Shown here: one piece after another, positions 11,540 through 21,594 of the stretch
How the letters are laid out: every line of letters begins with the position of its first letter
Position numbering within the stretch: position 1 is the stretch's first letter
Assembly: GCA_019721075.1 (NCBI GenBank)
Contig: JAHEAD010000013.1
Span: 1-64,000 of the forward strand
DNA from: Candidatus Sysuiplasma jiujiangense
GTDB taxonomy: Archaea > Thermoplasmatota > Thermoplasmata > Sysuiplasmatales > Sysuiplasmataceae
Direction of reading: 5' to 3'
Length of the DNA stretch: 64,000 bases
Notes under the pieces: model-generated
Databases searched by the model: none
Seen by the model: only the letters and a program-made list of their open reading frames with translations
What the model was told of the DNA's origin: nothing
Translations under genes and position numbers: made by a program

Positions 11540-12334
11540 TCAATCTCTAGCGTAACGCTGAGTGAAAAATCCTACAAGCCTCGTGGGAATATATCTCTTA
11601 ATGGGTAAATTCATCAGCCTTACGCCGATCAGAGTGATAAGCATAATGGGTATCACTCGGAAAATTGGCATCCTTGTATCCTCGTCGTGTCTCCAGCGGA
11701 CAGGTAATTCCTTTATTGTTCCCCCTGCCTTCTTTACATGGTAGAGGATGGCGGCGTCAAATGTTCTGTTTGTCACAAGTGTAGCAGCTGTCACACGTCT
11801 TATCAAGCGGGTATCAAACAATTTAGCGCCGCATTGGGTATCCTTGATGGACAGAAAGAGAAGACCACGGACCAGGAAATTGAAGACCCTTCCAACAGCC
11901 ATGTTGAAAAGAGGCTCTCTCTTATCCCAGACGCTCTCGGGAAGCCAGCGGGAGGCAACCACACAGTCGTAATGCCCAGAATTTTCGATCATCTTGCACA
12001 TATCATCAGGACACAAACTGCCGTCTGCATCGATCCAGAATGTTGTGTCGTATTTCGCCCTTGCAGTTCCTTCCTTCAGGGCACCTCCCTTGCCAAGTTT
12101 TCTTTCAAATTTGAACGCTGACACGTGATCAGATGAATAGGCTGTCGCCACATCGTAGGTTCTGTCAGTTCCATCAGTTATAACTATTATTTCGTAAGGC
12201 AAGCCGATATTTTTCAGTGCTGGAATGTATAATTGAAGGGACCTGATTATTCTGTCCTCCTCGTTATAGGCAGGTATTATGACGGAGACACCGTTGCTCA
12301 ATTCCGTCCCGGACAACCTAATCCCCCTCCTCAT
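11540..12334 (-). CDS. GT2, dolichyl/polyprenyl-phosphate glycosyltransferase (DPG/DPM synthase-like)
   Basis: VSVIIPAYNEE, GKGGAL, WIDADGS, VVASR, DTQCGAKLF and ELPVRW are hallmark motifs of Dol-P-glycosyl synthases. Confidence 0.9.
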   Translation of the reverse strand: MRRGIRLSGTELSNGVSVIIPAYNEEDRIIRSLQLYIPALKNIGLPYEIIVITDGTDRTYDVATAYSSDHVSAFKFERKLGKGGALKEGTARAKYDTTFWIDADGSLCPDDMCKMIENSGHYDCVVASRWLPESVWDKREPLFNMAVGRVFNFLVRGLLFLSIKDTQCGAKLFDTRLIRRVTAATLVTNRTFDAAILYHVKKAGGTIKELPVRWRHDEDTRMPIFRVIPIMLITLIGVRLMNLPIKRYIPTRLVGFFTQRYARD

Positions 12335-12515
12335 AACCGATGAGTATGTGGTTTATTAACTGTTCTCTCTGTTAATTCAATGTGACCAGTCCTAAGAATC
12401 ATTGCTAAATCGAACCGTCACAAACTGGACCCTGTACACGGCACGCAATAATTGAACTAATGCTTTGCAAAGTGTGAGAATTGGAAGTTGAATGTGACTG
12501 AAAGTTCGGGGATAA

Positions 12516-13700
12516 GTGTTCATCGGGGAGATTATAAAGAAATGTTTTAAAGTCAACAGCACTCCTGACGAGACGTCTATGAACCGTTTCGATAAATGGG
12601 AAAAAAGGAAAGTGCTGCTTCTCCCCGTATTCAGGTTTGGCAGGTACCTGAACTCAATAACGGTTAGGACGCTTGAAATATACTCAAGAATCAGCGGTAG
12701 GGATTTCAACTTCGTAATAAATGTCGACTCGGAAACATATGAGGATGCAGATGAATACTTCAAGTCGAAGCTCGAGAATTTAGAGGTTGTAGTCGGTTGT
12801 GCCGGCGGCAGCTTGTTGGACCTTACCAGGGGATTCATGAACACGCTGAGGGTTGCATACGGCTGCGATCTCCTTCTAAATTGTTCGGAATATTACCTCA
12901 GCCTGCTGTACTCCTACTTGATACATCTTCTGACAGGAAGGAAACTTGTCTGCCTCGTCAATATAATTCATTCAGGAATGAGGAACAGACGTTCACTTGA
13001 AAGACTCGTTTGTAGCTTCGTATTCAGGAGGTCCTTCGGGATCATGATACTGAACAATGAAAGCCTCATAAGAGAATTCAAACAATTGTTCGCGACCAAT
13101 CGCAAAATCGCTCTCACTACGAACGGTGTTTCCGTGAGCGATTTCTATTCGTCCAATGAGAAATCCAACGATCTTTTATTCATTGGAATAGCGGAAGATA
13201 GAAAGGGAGCCTTTGAACTGCCTGCGATCGTTGAACGGGTTCGGATATCCAATTCCGGCGTTAAATTGAAGATAATGTCCCGTTCGGGCGATTTGGAAAA
13301 ATTGCGCAGGCTGGTTAAAACCAAGAGGCTGGAAGGTAATATTGAAATTGTTACGGAGTACGTCAATGAAGACAAAAAACGGGAGTTGTACGCCAGAAGC
13401 AGGATTTTCGTCTTTCCTTCAAGGGAAGAAGGATTTGGAATTGTGATAGCAGAGGCTCTCGCATCATCATTGCCTGTTGTCCTTTATGATGTTGAAAGCT
13501 TGAAAATTTTCTCAAAGGGGACATTGAAGGTAAAAGAGGGGGATATAAACGGTTTTTCATCAGCAGTTACAAAGTTGTTGGAAGACGATGATCTGAGGTT
13601 GCAAATAGGGCTGGAGGGAAGACAATTTGCACTTGACTACCTATCTTACGACAGGGTTGCACTGATTGAGAACGAAGCAATAAAGGCGTGCGCGCATTGA
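12516..13700 (+). CDS. Glycosyltransferase family 4
   Basis: TTNGV, LFIG...RKG and FPSREEGFGIVIAEALASSLPVV motifs. Start uncertain. Confidence 0.9.
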   Translation: MFIGEIIKKCFKVNSTPDETSMNRFDKWEKRKVLLLPVFRFGRYLNSITVRTLEIYSRISGRDFNFVINVDSETYEDADEYFKSKLENLEVVVGCAGGSLLDLTRGFMNTLRVAYGCDLLLNCSEYYLSLLYSYLIHLLTGRKLVCLVNIIHSGMRNRRSLERLVCSFVFRRSFGIMILNNESLIREFKQLFATNRKIALTTNGVSVSDFYSSNEKSNDLLFIGIAEDRKGAFELPAIVERVRISNSGVKLKIMSRSGDLEKLRRLVKTKRLEGNIEIVTEYVNEDKKRELYARSRIFVFPSREEGFGIVIAEALASSLPVVLYDVESLKIFSKGTLKVKEGDINGFSSAVTKLLEDDDLRLQIGLEGRQFALDYLSYDRVALIENEAIKACAH

Positions 13701-14165
13701 TTCCGAGCAGATTGCGGTAAGTGCTGAGCGGCTGGGGGGGGGGGTAACCGGCATAAGGCCAGTTACGACCTCATGTTTACTGGATATCCACAATGTTCAT
13801 TAACGTCAATCTTGATAATCACTCCAGACCTAGCAGGAAGAGCCAGGAGGGAAGATATAGCCAGCTGTGCTGATGCTTTCGCTCAATGCCTGCAAATCAC
13901 GCCGGTGCAAGAGTGATGTTGCGGGCTGTAGACTGCGCTACTGACCAATCTTCCTTCTGAGTCTTCTCTAAAGAAAGGGAATCGTATATGAAAGGTATCG
14001 CGGGCTATTCCAATGAGCAACTGTGTTCGGGCGGCAACAGTGATGCGCCGGAGCGCAGGAAGATTGTAGACAGGGTGAGCCTGTCTCGAATGGTCGGCCT
14101 GCCTGTATCAGTGAGAATCCAAAGTATGGCAATATGATTGGAATGGTAGAGACGAGGTGTAGAAT

Positions 14166-15371
14166 GTGGAACAATTGAAAATTGGGTTCATAACCGACAA
14201 GAGTGCTCCGATATATTTCGGGGGTTATGAAATAAGGGTCTTGGAGCTTGCAAATCGGCTCGCGCGGAAAGGTCATGAGGTGCATGTTTACACTACCTGC
14301 CGGAAAGCCTTCACAGAAGAAGGCGGTACTAGGTTCTATCCTGCGTTCCCTGACTATTTCCAGAGGGACAGTTCCGGGCGGCGCAGCCATCCACACAGCC
14401 TGCTGTTCTCTGCCCTTATGTCAAAGAATCCAATGAATGACTGGAAACCGGATTACCTTGTAGTTGAAGCGATTCCTTATCTCCATCTGCTGACTATGAG
14501 AGCCTGGGTAAGAGATATTAATTGTGTGAAGATACTTGACGTCCCGGAAGCATGGCACAATTACAATTATTTTGGAGGTGTGCTTGGCAAGCTTTCTAAC
14601 AGGGCGATCAAGCGGCTTCTCCAGATCGGACTTACATCTGCCGATGTTGTCACTGCGATCTCAGGTGTAACAGCCAACAGCCTGAAGCAGAATTTTCAGG
14701 TAGACGCAAAGAAAGTCAGTGTAGTGCCATGTGGCGTCGATCTTGACAGACTGCTGAACAGAGAGACAGATGGAATACCAGCACTTCTGGATTACTATGA
14801 TTTCGTCACTGTGGGAAGACTGGTGGAAATCAAGAGGCACAGGGACTTCATTGATGCACTTTCAAGATTGAAATTCAAGTACGGGTGGACTGGAAAGGCG
14901 GCGATCATCGGCGGCGGTCCGCTAAGGGAAAGATTGATGGCTCATGCCTTTAAAGCAGGAGTGGCAGATCAGATAGACTTCCTGGGCTTCGTTTCAGACG
15001 AGGAGAAGGTGAGGACAATTCTTTCCTCCAAGATTTTCGTTCTTACTTCGGAGCGCGAAGGGTTTTCCATAGCCACACTCGAGGCGATGGCGCTGGGCCT
15101 TCCCGTAATTGTTGCTGTCCCCAAAGAGCTTGAAGTGTTCGGCACGTCTGAATTTGTATCAGATCATAAGAATGGTGTCTATTATCCCGTGGGGAACATA
15201 ATCAGATTGGCGGATGTTATGCATCAGCTTCTCGATCTGAAGGATACAAGGCTGGAGATGGGAAACAACGGTAGAATGACAGCAAGCAAATATGACTGGA
15301 AGGCGGTAACAAATGACTTCGAAACATGCATAACAAGCGCTCCGCTGGGTCTGGTACGCAGCAGAAACTGA
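14166..15371 (+). CDS. Glycosyltransferase family 4
   Basis: GGYEIR...LARKGHEVHVYT, VPCGVD, TVGRLVEIK and SEREGFSIATLEAMALGLPVI motifs. Confidence 0.93.
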   Translation: MEQLKIGFITDKSAPIYFGGYEIRVLELANRLARKGHEVHVYTTCRKAFTEEGGTRFYPAFPDYFQRDSSGRRSHPHSLLFSALMSKNPMNDWKPDYLVVEAIPYLHLLTMRAWVRDINCVKILDVPEAWHNYNYFGGVLGKLSNRAIKRLLQIGLTSADVVTAISGVTANSLKQNFQVDAKKVSVVPCGVDLDRLLNRETDGIPALLDYYDFVTVGRLVEIKRHRDFIDALSRLKFKYGWTGKAAIIGGGPLRERLMAHAFKAGVADQIDFLGFVSDEEKVRTILSSKIFVLTSEREGFSIATLEAMALGLPVIVAVPKELEVFGTSEFVSDHKNGVYYPVGNIIRLADVMHQLLDLKDTRLEMGNNGRMTASKYDWKAVTNDFETCITSAPLGLVRSRN

Positions 15372-15393
15372 GGATTCAATACGTGCCTTGCGT

Positions 15394-18300
15394 TCAGTTG
15401 CGCTTACGCCTTGCAGGCAAAATGAAAATTAAGAAAACTGCTGCAGCCGCCAGGATAACAGTAACAGCGATCAGTGCCGCGACAGCTGGGTCGAGCATGA
15501 ATATCTTCTGTCCGTAACTGCTCTTTTGAGGATAAATGGAAGTCTCGGTGAAATTCAGAAATACTATTACGCTGGAACCTGAAACGGTAATATTGCGATC
15601 AGTGCCAATCAACGCGAATCCTTTAGGCGGGGTTATGTTATAGGCGTAAGTGCCGTTTGGCAGCGAAATGGAAATAGAATCAGATGTTGAATTTGCGGAA
15701 TGGGTTCCAACCTCTACGCTCCACTTCTTTCCGGTAAACGAATTTTCTTTAAAATCAACACTGTATGTAATCTGACTGAAGCTCACGAAAACGGTGGAAT
15801 TGCCGCCATGTATAGTCACTGTTCCTGAGCCGTTTCTGGCACTCCACCCCTGAAGCTGGTAGACACTGTAGTTGTACGACCCGTTTGTGAGGCTGAACTG
15901 TATATCGTTTGAAGTCGACTGTCTGGAGATATTGTTGATCTTGATGCCCCACTGTGTACCTGGGGGGAGACCTTCCTCCTCAAAGGAAAGGAGATACGAC
16001 TGTCCTCCCGTGCTCTGGTTAACGCTCGTATTCAGGAAGAAGATGCACTTCAAGCCGTCTATGGAGGGCGCATACTTGTAAGTAAGGTTGATCACCGATG
16101 CCGTCGACTCCCTGCTCTCAATGAATGTGTTAATCCCGCTTGTCAGGTTGTGTGAATACAGGCTTACAGTCATATCCTGCAATACCGGATTTCGTATGGA
16201 CCATTTCAATGGAATCGCTGGCGCCCGGGTGGAATTGGCTGCAATGTATGTCATGTTAGGTTCAAACGACCAAGAATAGAGATAGCCATCCCATCTGAGG
16301 CCGGGCTGCGGACCGCCCATGCCGTTGTATTGTGCAACATATGCGGTGCCATTCCAGGTGAAATCAGGTTCGATTGCCCAGGACCACTGTTGCGGTACCC
16401 TGATCTGGTAATTCGGGTTGGTAACATATGGGGAAGTCGCATTTTGCCCCACACTTGTGTTGAAAATATAATCGCCATTCATCGAATTGACCAATCTAAG
16501 CGAGCTGTAATATCCCATTGGAATTTCGTATGATATGTTGCTTCCGTCATAGCCGTAGCCTCCCGGAAAGTTGACCTTTGCCCCGTAATACCCACCGGGA
16601 CCCCACGCCCATGAAGCATTTATGAAGTTTATGCCGCCAACGGCAGGATAGTAGTAAAATTGATTGCCTTCCAGCGTGATGTTGCCGCCGCTCCCGCCGT
16701 TCTGATATGCCTGATCAGTCCCAATGGGCACTGTCAGGTTGGTAAGGTTAAGAAATGTGTTTTCGGAAATTGTGACGTTGGCAGCGGTGGCAAGGATGTC
16801 ATCCATATGTGGAACAAAGAAATAATAGGTGTAATTGTCCGGAATGCCCAAAACATATCGCGGGCTGTTTTCAAATAAATTGTTAGCCACATAACCTTTA
16901 ATGCCGCTTTTCGCAAACTCGACATTGCCGGAAATTCCATTCCCTCCGGTTCCGAACGCGGGAGACCAGAAGGTATTGTGATCAATGTAGATTTCCGGGA
17001 CTGCGCCGGTGGCGAAGGAAGCGCCTGCAAGTGTTTCCATCCATAAGTCCGTAAAGCCGGCACCGTCCTGGCCAATGTTCCACCAGGTAAGGTTCCAGTA
17101 GATGTACTGGAAAGAGTTGTTTTCTACAAAGTATGTTCCGCCTGAACCCGAAGGGAAGAATCTGAAGAATGAGTAGGACTGGATATCGTAGGTGAAGGGG
17201 AACAGGTCATGCGTGATGTAATCAGGTATTCCGTTCTGGAGATAAGGTACGATCCTCTGTCCAAGGCCGCCGTTTATAATTGAATTGTTTATGTTCATCA
17301 CTGAGTCGAATGTAAGGCTTATCCTTCCACCCAGGAACGGCGTGGAAGTGTAACTCTCCATAATCTGGTTCACCTGGGAGTAGGAATAATTGTAGTTTAT
17401 ATTGTCATTGTACAGGTTAGCAATCGTGAAGTAATTGCCAAACTGTATGTTCATATTTACCGGAGGAAATGCTCTTGTCAGGTTGGAAGCTGTAAAGTTT
17501 ACAAAGTTATTGACTCCGGGAGTGCCGGGAAATGAAAAAACAACGTAAGGAGAAGAGGGGTATGCTCCGTTTGGCCTGTTAGGCGTTATGTTGGTAACAA
17601 AATTTTGGAATGACACATTCGAAGGCGGCGAAATGGTAAATACGGAATGATTGGCGTCAAAATACCGCACACTGATGTATCCGAATACGGAGCCATAATT
17701 CGGCAGATGCTCATATGGTATTGTTTCGTTCAAAAGAGAGTTATTCAGGTCAAACCTCTCAGCGCTGATGTTGGTGGAGGAATTGAACATGGCAGTATCC
17801 TTCATGTTAATTGTGCCGTAATTGCTCGCACCGCCGAGGAATATGGTATTGACAATACTGACATGAGTCAGGTTGGAGAATGTCTGTTCTTTTCCAGTGA
17901 GGTCGAACCCTGAGGAATTGGTTATCAGATCATTCAGGAAGTTGCCGGATATGAATGACCCGCCGTTAGAATATATGCCTAAAAAGACGCTGTCTGAAGC
18001 GTTGGCGAAGTGCAATGTCACTCCACTGTAACCCTTCATGTTCATCCCTATGAAAACGGAATCCTTGGCATAATTGATATTGCCTGAAGTCGAGCTCTGT
18101 AACACATACGAGTTTTCTCCCAGAAAGATAATTCTGGAATTTAAAAACGAAATGCTCGATGGGTTCCCGGTGAGGTTGTAGCTTTCGTTGAAATAAACGG
18201 TCGCATTTTCGATCTTTAGCGGAACAGGCGACTGGAAGTCAATTTTTGACGATATGTATGTTATGCCGCCGTCTATGGTGGCTGGACTGGATATGTTCCA

Positions 18301-19263
18301 CATGCCTGCTCCTCGGGGAACGGTTACATTTGTAAGCAGAGCAGTGCTCCTGCTAATTCCAAACATGCCGCTTGCGGTGTAAACTGTCTCCGCACCAGCA
18401 ATAGAGAATGCGCTTGATGTTGCGTTTGTCATTCCGTAATATGTATCTGTAAGGGGATTGGAGTATCCTATAGACCTTAACTCATACCTGAAGGAGGAAC
18501 TCAGGCCGGTGAATTCAGCACTTCCATTGGATGCGGTGTACGCTGTGCCAATGACTGCATCAGAAGAGGACGCGTTCAGAAGTTCGACCTCGAGCTGCGG
18601 CATCAGGACGTTATTTCCCCAGTTTACCCTCTGCCTTACCCATAATGTTCCAGAATTCTGGCCGCCGACTGAAACTCTGGTGTACGAGGATGGCATAAGA
18701 TAGACAGTCAGTGATTCAGATTGCCTGTTGAATGTATATTCAAATGTGTAATTTACAAATGCTGAGGAGGCCGAAGCAACCTCCAGAATATAACTGCCTT
18801 CGAATATGCTGAAATTTGCATAACCTGAAGCACCCGTGTAAGCATACTCGGCAGAACCTGTTGTAATGTTGACGAGCTTGATCCTTGCATGGACTGAGTT
18901 CGATGCAGACTGTGCAGTTCCATTAAGAACGTGAATTTCAAGAGCGGCGGGCAATCTGGGATAAGGAACGCCTGTCCATGGATTTCCGATTTTGCCGACA
19001 TAACCTGGGTTGCCTGAGTTTATGCCTATATCTGAAATGGGAATCGTAGGACCTGTATTTCCCAGTGCACCCTGCGAGGATGGCACTGCCGGCACAGAGT
19101 ATGTGTAAGGGAAGGAAAATGCACCGATACCAGCGGAACTGGCGCGCGTTTCGGGCTGATGCCTGGCAGTATCGGCGCCAGGGAACAGCGAAGTGGTAAC
19201 CAGTGAAAATGCAACTAATCCTGCGAAAACACATAGAGCCAGTTGTCTGAAGTGATGTCTCAT
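15394..19263 (-). CDS. Large surface glycoprotein, paralog of 425..4456
   Basis: Probable start ATG 19263 (MRHHFRQLALCVFAGLVAF signal); the ORF track extends to 19410. Colinear motifs are shared with 425..4456. Two Ig-like repeats (LSFEEEGLPPGTQWGI; VDFKENSFTGKKWSV) precede a TM helix and RRKRN tail. Confidence 0.85.
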   Translation of the reverse strand: MRHHFRQLALCVFAGLVAFSLVTTSLFPGADTARHQPETRASSAGIGAFSFPYTYSVPAVPSSQGALGNTGPTIPISDIGINSGNPGYVGKIGNPWTGVPYPRLPAALEIHVLNGTAQSASNSVHARIKLVNITTGSAEYAYTGASGYANFSIFEGSYILEVASASSAFVNYTFEYTFNRQSESLTVYLMPSSYTRVSVGGQNSGTLWVRQRVNWGNNVLMPQLEVELLNASSSDAVIGTAYTASNGSAEFTGLSSSFRYELRSIGYSNPLTDTYYGMTNATSSAFSIAGAETVYTASGMFGISRSTALLTNVTVPRGAGMWNISSPATIDGGITYISSKIDFQSPVPLKIENATVYFNESYNLTGNPSSISFLNSRIIFLGENSYVLQSSTSGNINYAKDSVFIGMNMKGYSGVTLHFANASDSVFLGIYSNGGSFISGNFLNDLITNSSGFDLTGKEQTFSNLTHVSIVNTIFLGGASNYGTINMKDTAMFNSSTNISAERFDLNNSLLNETIPYEHLPNYGSVFGYISVRYFDANHSVFTISPPSNVSFQNFVTNITPNRPNGAYPSSPYVVFSFPGTPGVNNFVNFTASNLTRAFPPVNMNIQFGNYFTIANLYNDNINYNYSYSQVNQIMESYTSTPFLGGRISLTFDSVMNINNSIINGGLGQRIVPYLQNGIPDYITHDLFPFTYDIQSYSFFRFFPSGSGGTYFVENNSFQYIYWNLTWWNIGQDGAGFTDLWMETLAGASFATGAVPEIYIDHNTFWSPAFGTGGNGISGNVEFAKSGIKGYVANNLFENSPRYVLGIPDNYTYYFFVPHMDDILATAANVTISENTFLNLTNLTVPIGTDQAYQNGGSGGNITLEGNQFYYYPAVGGINFINASWAWGPGGYYGAKVNFPGGYGYDGSNISYEIPMGYYSSLRLVNSMNGDYIFNTSVGQNATSPYVTNPNYQIRVPQQWSWAIEPDFTWNGTAYVAQYNGMGGPQPGLRWDGYLYSWSFEPNMTYIAANSTRAPAIPLKWSIRNPVLQDMTVSLYSHNLTSGINTFIESRESTASVINLTYKYAPSIDGLKCIFFLNTSVNQSTGGQSYLLSFEEEGLPPGTQWGIKINNISRQSTSNDIQFSLTNGSYNYSVYQLQGWSARNGSGTVTIHGGNSTVFVSFSQITYSVDFKENSFTGKKWSVEVGTHSANSTSDSISISLPNGTYAYNITPPKGFALIGTDRNITVSGSSVIVFLNFTETSIYPQKSSYGQKIFMLDPAVAALIAVTVILAAAAVFLIFILPARRKRN

Positions 19264-19588
19264 ATGTATTACGGAGAGATTACTGTGCACTTGAAATACA
19301 TAAATGATTGCACGCCAATACGGAAAAGGCAAATCGCAAAAGCATCGGACTGCAGGCATTCGTGTCCCGGAACGCTCATTCAGTCCGTAATGCAAGTGCA
19401 AATCCGGCATATGCCGGTTTCAGCTCGATACAGGATGCAGTTTAAAAGGCCGCCTGGAAACAAGGCTCCCATCAGGAATACTCAGGTTTATTCAAATTTT
19501 TCAAATTTCCCTGCGTCCTGACACAACAGCTATAAGTTTAAAACAGCAATTCATCCGACTGCTTCAAAGGACGAATGGAGGAGCATGC

Positions 19589-20389
19589 ATGCAATCCAAG
19601 GCAATTTCAGTAATAGTTCCAGTCTGGAACAACCCAGAAGGCATTTCTATTCTGCTGCGCTCCATTAATGCCGATGAAACTGATGAAATTGAAATTCTGG
19701 TAGTTGACAGGGTCAGGGATGCAACAACATCATCTATCTGCGATAAAGAGGGAGCGAAATACCTGATATGCGCAGAAGGACGATCTGCAGCGAAAAACCT
19801 TGGATTCGAGAAATCTTTCGGAGATTATGTCATGTTCCTGGATTCAGATATGACGCTCGAGAAAGGAACAATCAGCAGATGTATCCATGATGCGGTCAGG
19901 CATGACGCCCTGTGCCTCAGGGAAAAGGTGATTACAGGGTGCAACTACTGGGCGAGAGCCCGCGCGATCGAGCGTAATGCCATGTACATGAGCGGAATTT
20001 TCGAAAGCGTCCGGCTGATAAGGAAGGATGTGTTCAAAAGCGTTGGAGGTTACGATGAACACCTCGAGGGTTTCGAGGATCTGGATATGCATGCTAGAAT
20101 TATAGAGCACGGATATAGCGTTGGATGGACTGAAGCGACGATACTGCACAACGAAGAGGATGTTGGTTTCGTAAGTTATCTTTCCAAACGGAAAAAGTAC
20201 GCTTCAGGAAGAGAAATATATGCCTCAAGGCACCCGGTCTACTGGAAAGAGCTCAAGTCATTCCGCAGGAGGTTGAAGCTGATAGACAATGCTCTGCAGG
20301 ATTACCGGCCATCTGAGGCGTTGTATCTGTTGCCTGGACTTCTCGTGATACGCTCATTTGAATTTCTCGATTCTCTGTTTGGTTTCTAA
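19589..20389 (+). CDS. Glycosyltransferase family 2
   Basis: ISVIVPVWN, RSAAKNLG, MFLDSD and VGGYDEHLEGFEDLD motifs. Confidence 0.92.
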   Translation: MQSKAISVIVPVWNNPEGISILLRSINADETDEIEILVVDRVRDATTSSICDKEGAKYLICAEGRSAAKNLGFEKSFGDYVMFLDSDMTLEKGTISRCIHDAVRHDALCLREKVITGCNYWARARAIERNAMYMSGIFESVRLIRKDVFKSVGGYDEHLEGFEDLDMHARIIEHGYSVGWTEATILHNEEDVGFVSYLSKRKKYASGREIYASRHPVYWKELKSFRRRLKLIDNALQDYRPSEALYLLPGLLVIRSFEFLDSLFGF

Positions 20390-20544
20390 GCACTGCCTGC
20401 AATATATGATAACCTTCTTTTGACTCTTGTTTATTTCCAGCTGAATGGCGGAAAGCTAATGCAGCCTGGGAGAATCTGAGCCAGTAAAAGAAAATACAGC
20501 GCTGCCCAGCACAGCAGGCGTCAAAAATAATTTATGCACAGAAT

Positions 20545-21537
20545 GTGTCTAGCCCAAACAAACTGGAGATTGTAGGCAGCCTGAGCATAATAGGTGGCCG
20601 CGACCTCCAGAGTGAGGTTCTTTCCTTGAATTTGCCAAGGCTTTCGGTCATAATACTCAACTACAACGGGGCTCGTTTCCTTCATGACTGCATAAACAGT
20701 GTTATTTCGCAGAACTATCCTGAAACCGAAATCATTGTGGTGGATAACGGCTCTGCCGACTCATCATGTGAAATTGTGGAAAGAGAATTTCCCTCGGTGA
20801 AACTACTGAGACTCGCTGAGAATTACCACTTTTCAGGAGGTATGAACAGGGGTGTAAAAGCTTCAACCGGTGACGTGGCACTCCTGCTTAACAATGATAC
20901 GGTTGTGCTCGATGGTTGTTTCGGAACTGTAATGGACTCCATCGTCAGGAACGGAATAGACATCTGCGGTTGCGGAATCATGAAGGAAAACGGTAGAAGA
21001 CCGCAGAAATACGACCTGCTGTACGAGACTCTTGACTTTGCTGGTGCTGCCCTTTTTGTCAGAAGGACTGTCTGGGAGGAATTGGGCGGAATCGATGAGG
21101 ATTTCCGCACATACTTCGAACTGAAGGACTTCTCTGTGCGTGCACTCCTGAAAGGGTATAAGGTAATGGTTGAGCCGAGAGGCAGGGTCTTCCACTTAGG
21201 TTCTGCGACCACCAAGAAAATGTCAGGATACGCGCTCGTCAACATGTCCAGAAACTTCCCCATGCTTGTGCTCAAGGATTTCAGAGCCACTACAGCTGCA
21301 GCCCTGCTTTTATCATATTTCGCATCAAGATCCCTTATTGTCCTGAAGCTGACTTTAACCGGCGGAAGCGAGGAGGCGCGCTACAGGCTTAAGGGAAGCG
21401 CCGAATTCATAAGGATGCTTCCTCAAATTCTGGAAAAGAGAGCAGCAATTCAGTCTTCCCGCCTGTGCAGCGACAGGGAGATAGTTATTCTGCGGGACAA
21501 GCCTTTCTTCAAGCTGGGAATCGATGGCGGCATATGA
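20545..21537 (+). CDS. Glycosyltransferase family 2 (rhamnosyltransferase WbbL-like subgroup)
   Basis: LSVIILNYNG, IIVVDNGSAD, FSGGMNRG, LLLNNDT, GAALFVRR..WEELGGIDEDF and VFHLGSAT motifs. The true start is probably downstream of the ORF-track start. Confidence 0.9.
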   Translation: MSSPNKLEIVGSLSIIGGRDLQSEVLSLNLPRLSVIILNYNGARFLHDCINSVISQNYPETEIIVVDNGSADSSCEIVEREFPSVKLLRLAENYHFSGGMNRGVKASTGDVALLLNNDTVVLDGCFGTVMDSIVRNGIDICGCGIMKENGRRPQKYDLLYETLDFAGAALFVRRTVWEELGGIDEDFRTYFELKDFSVRALLKGYKVMVEPRGRVFHLGSATTKKMSGYALVNMSRNFPMLVLKDFRATTAAALLLSYFASRSLIVLKLTLTGGSEEARYRLKGSAEFIRMLPQILEKRAAIQSSRLCSDREIVILRDKPFFKLGIDGGI

Positions 21538-21594
21538 TGTAACGATGCATCAACCGGGAGAGCAATTCCTTTTTCTCTTGGTGCGGCAAATGCC

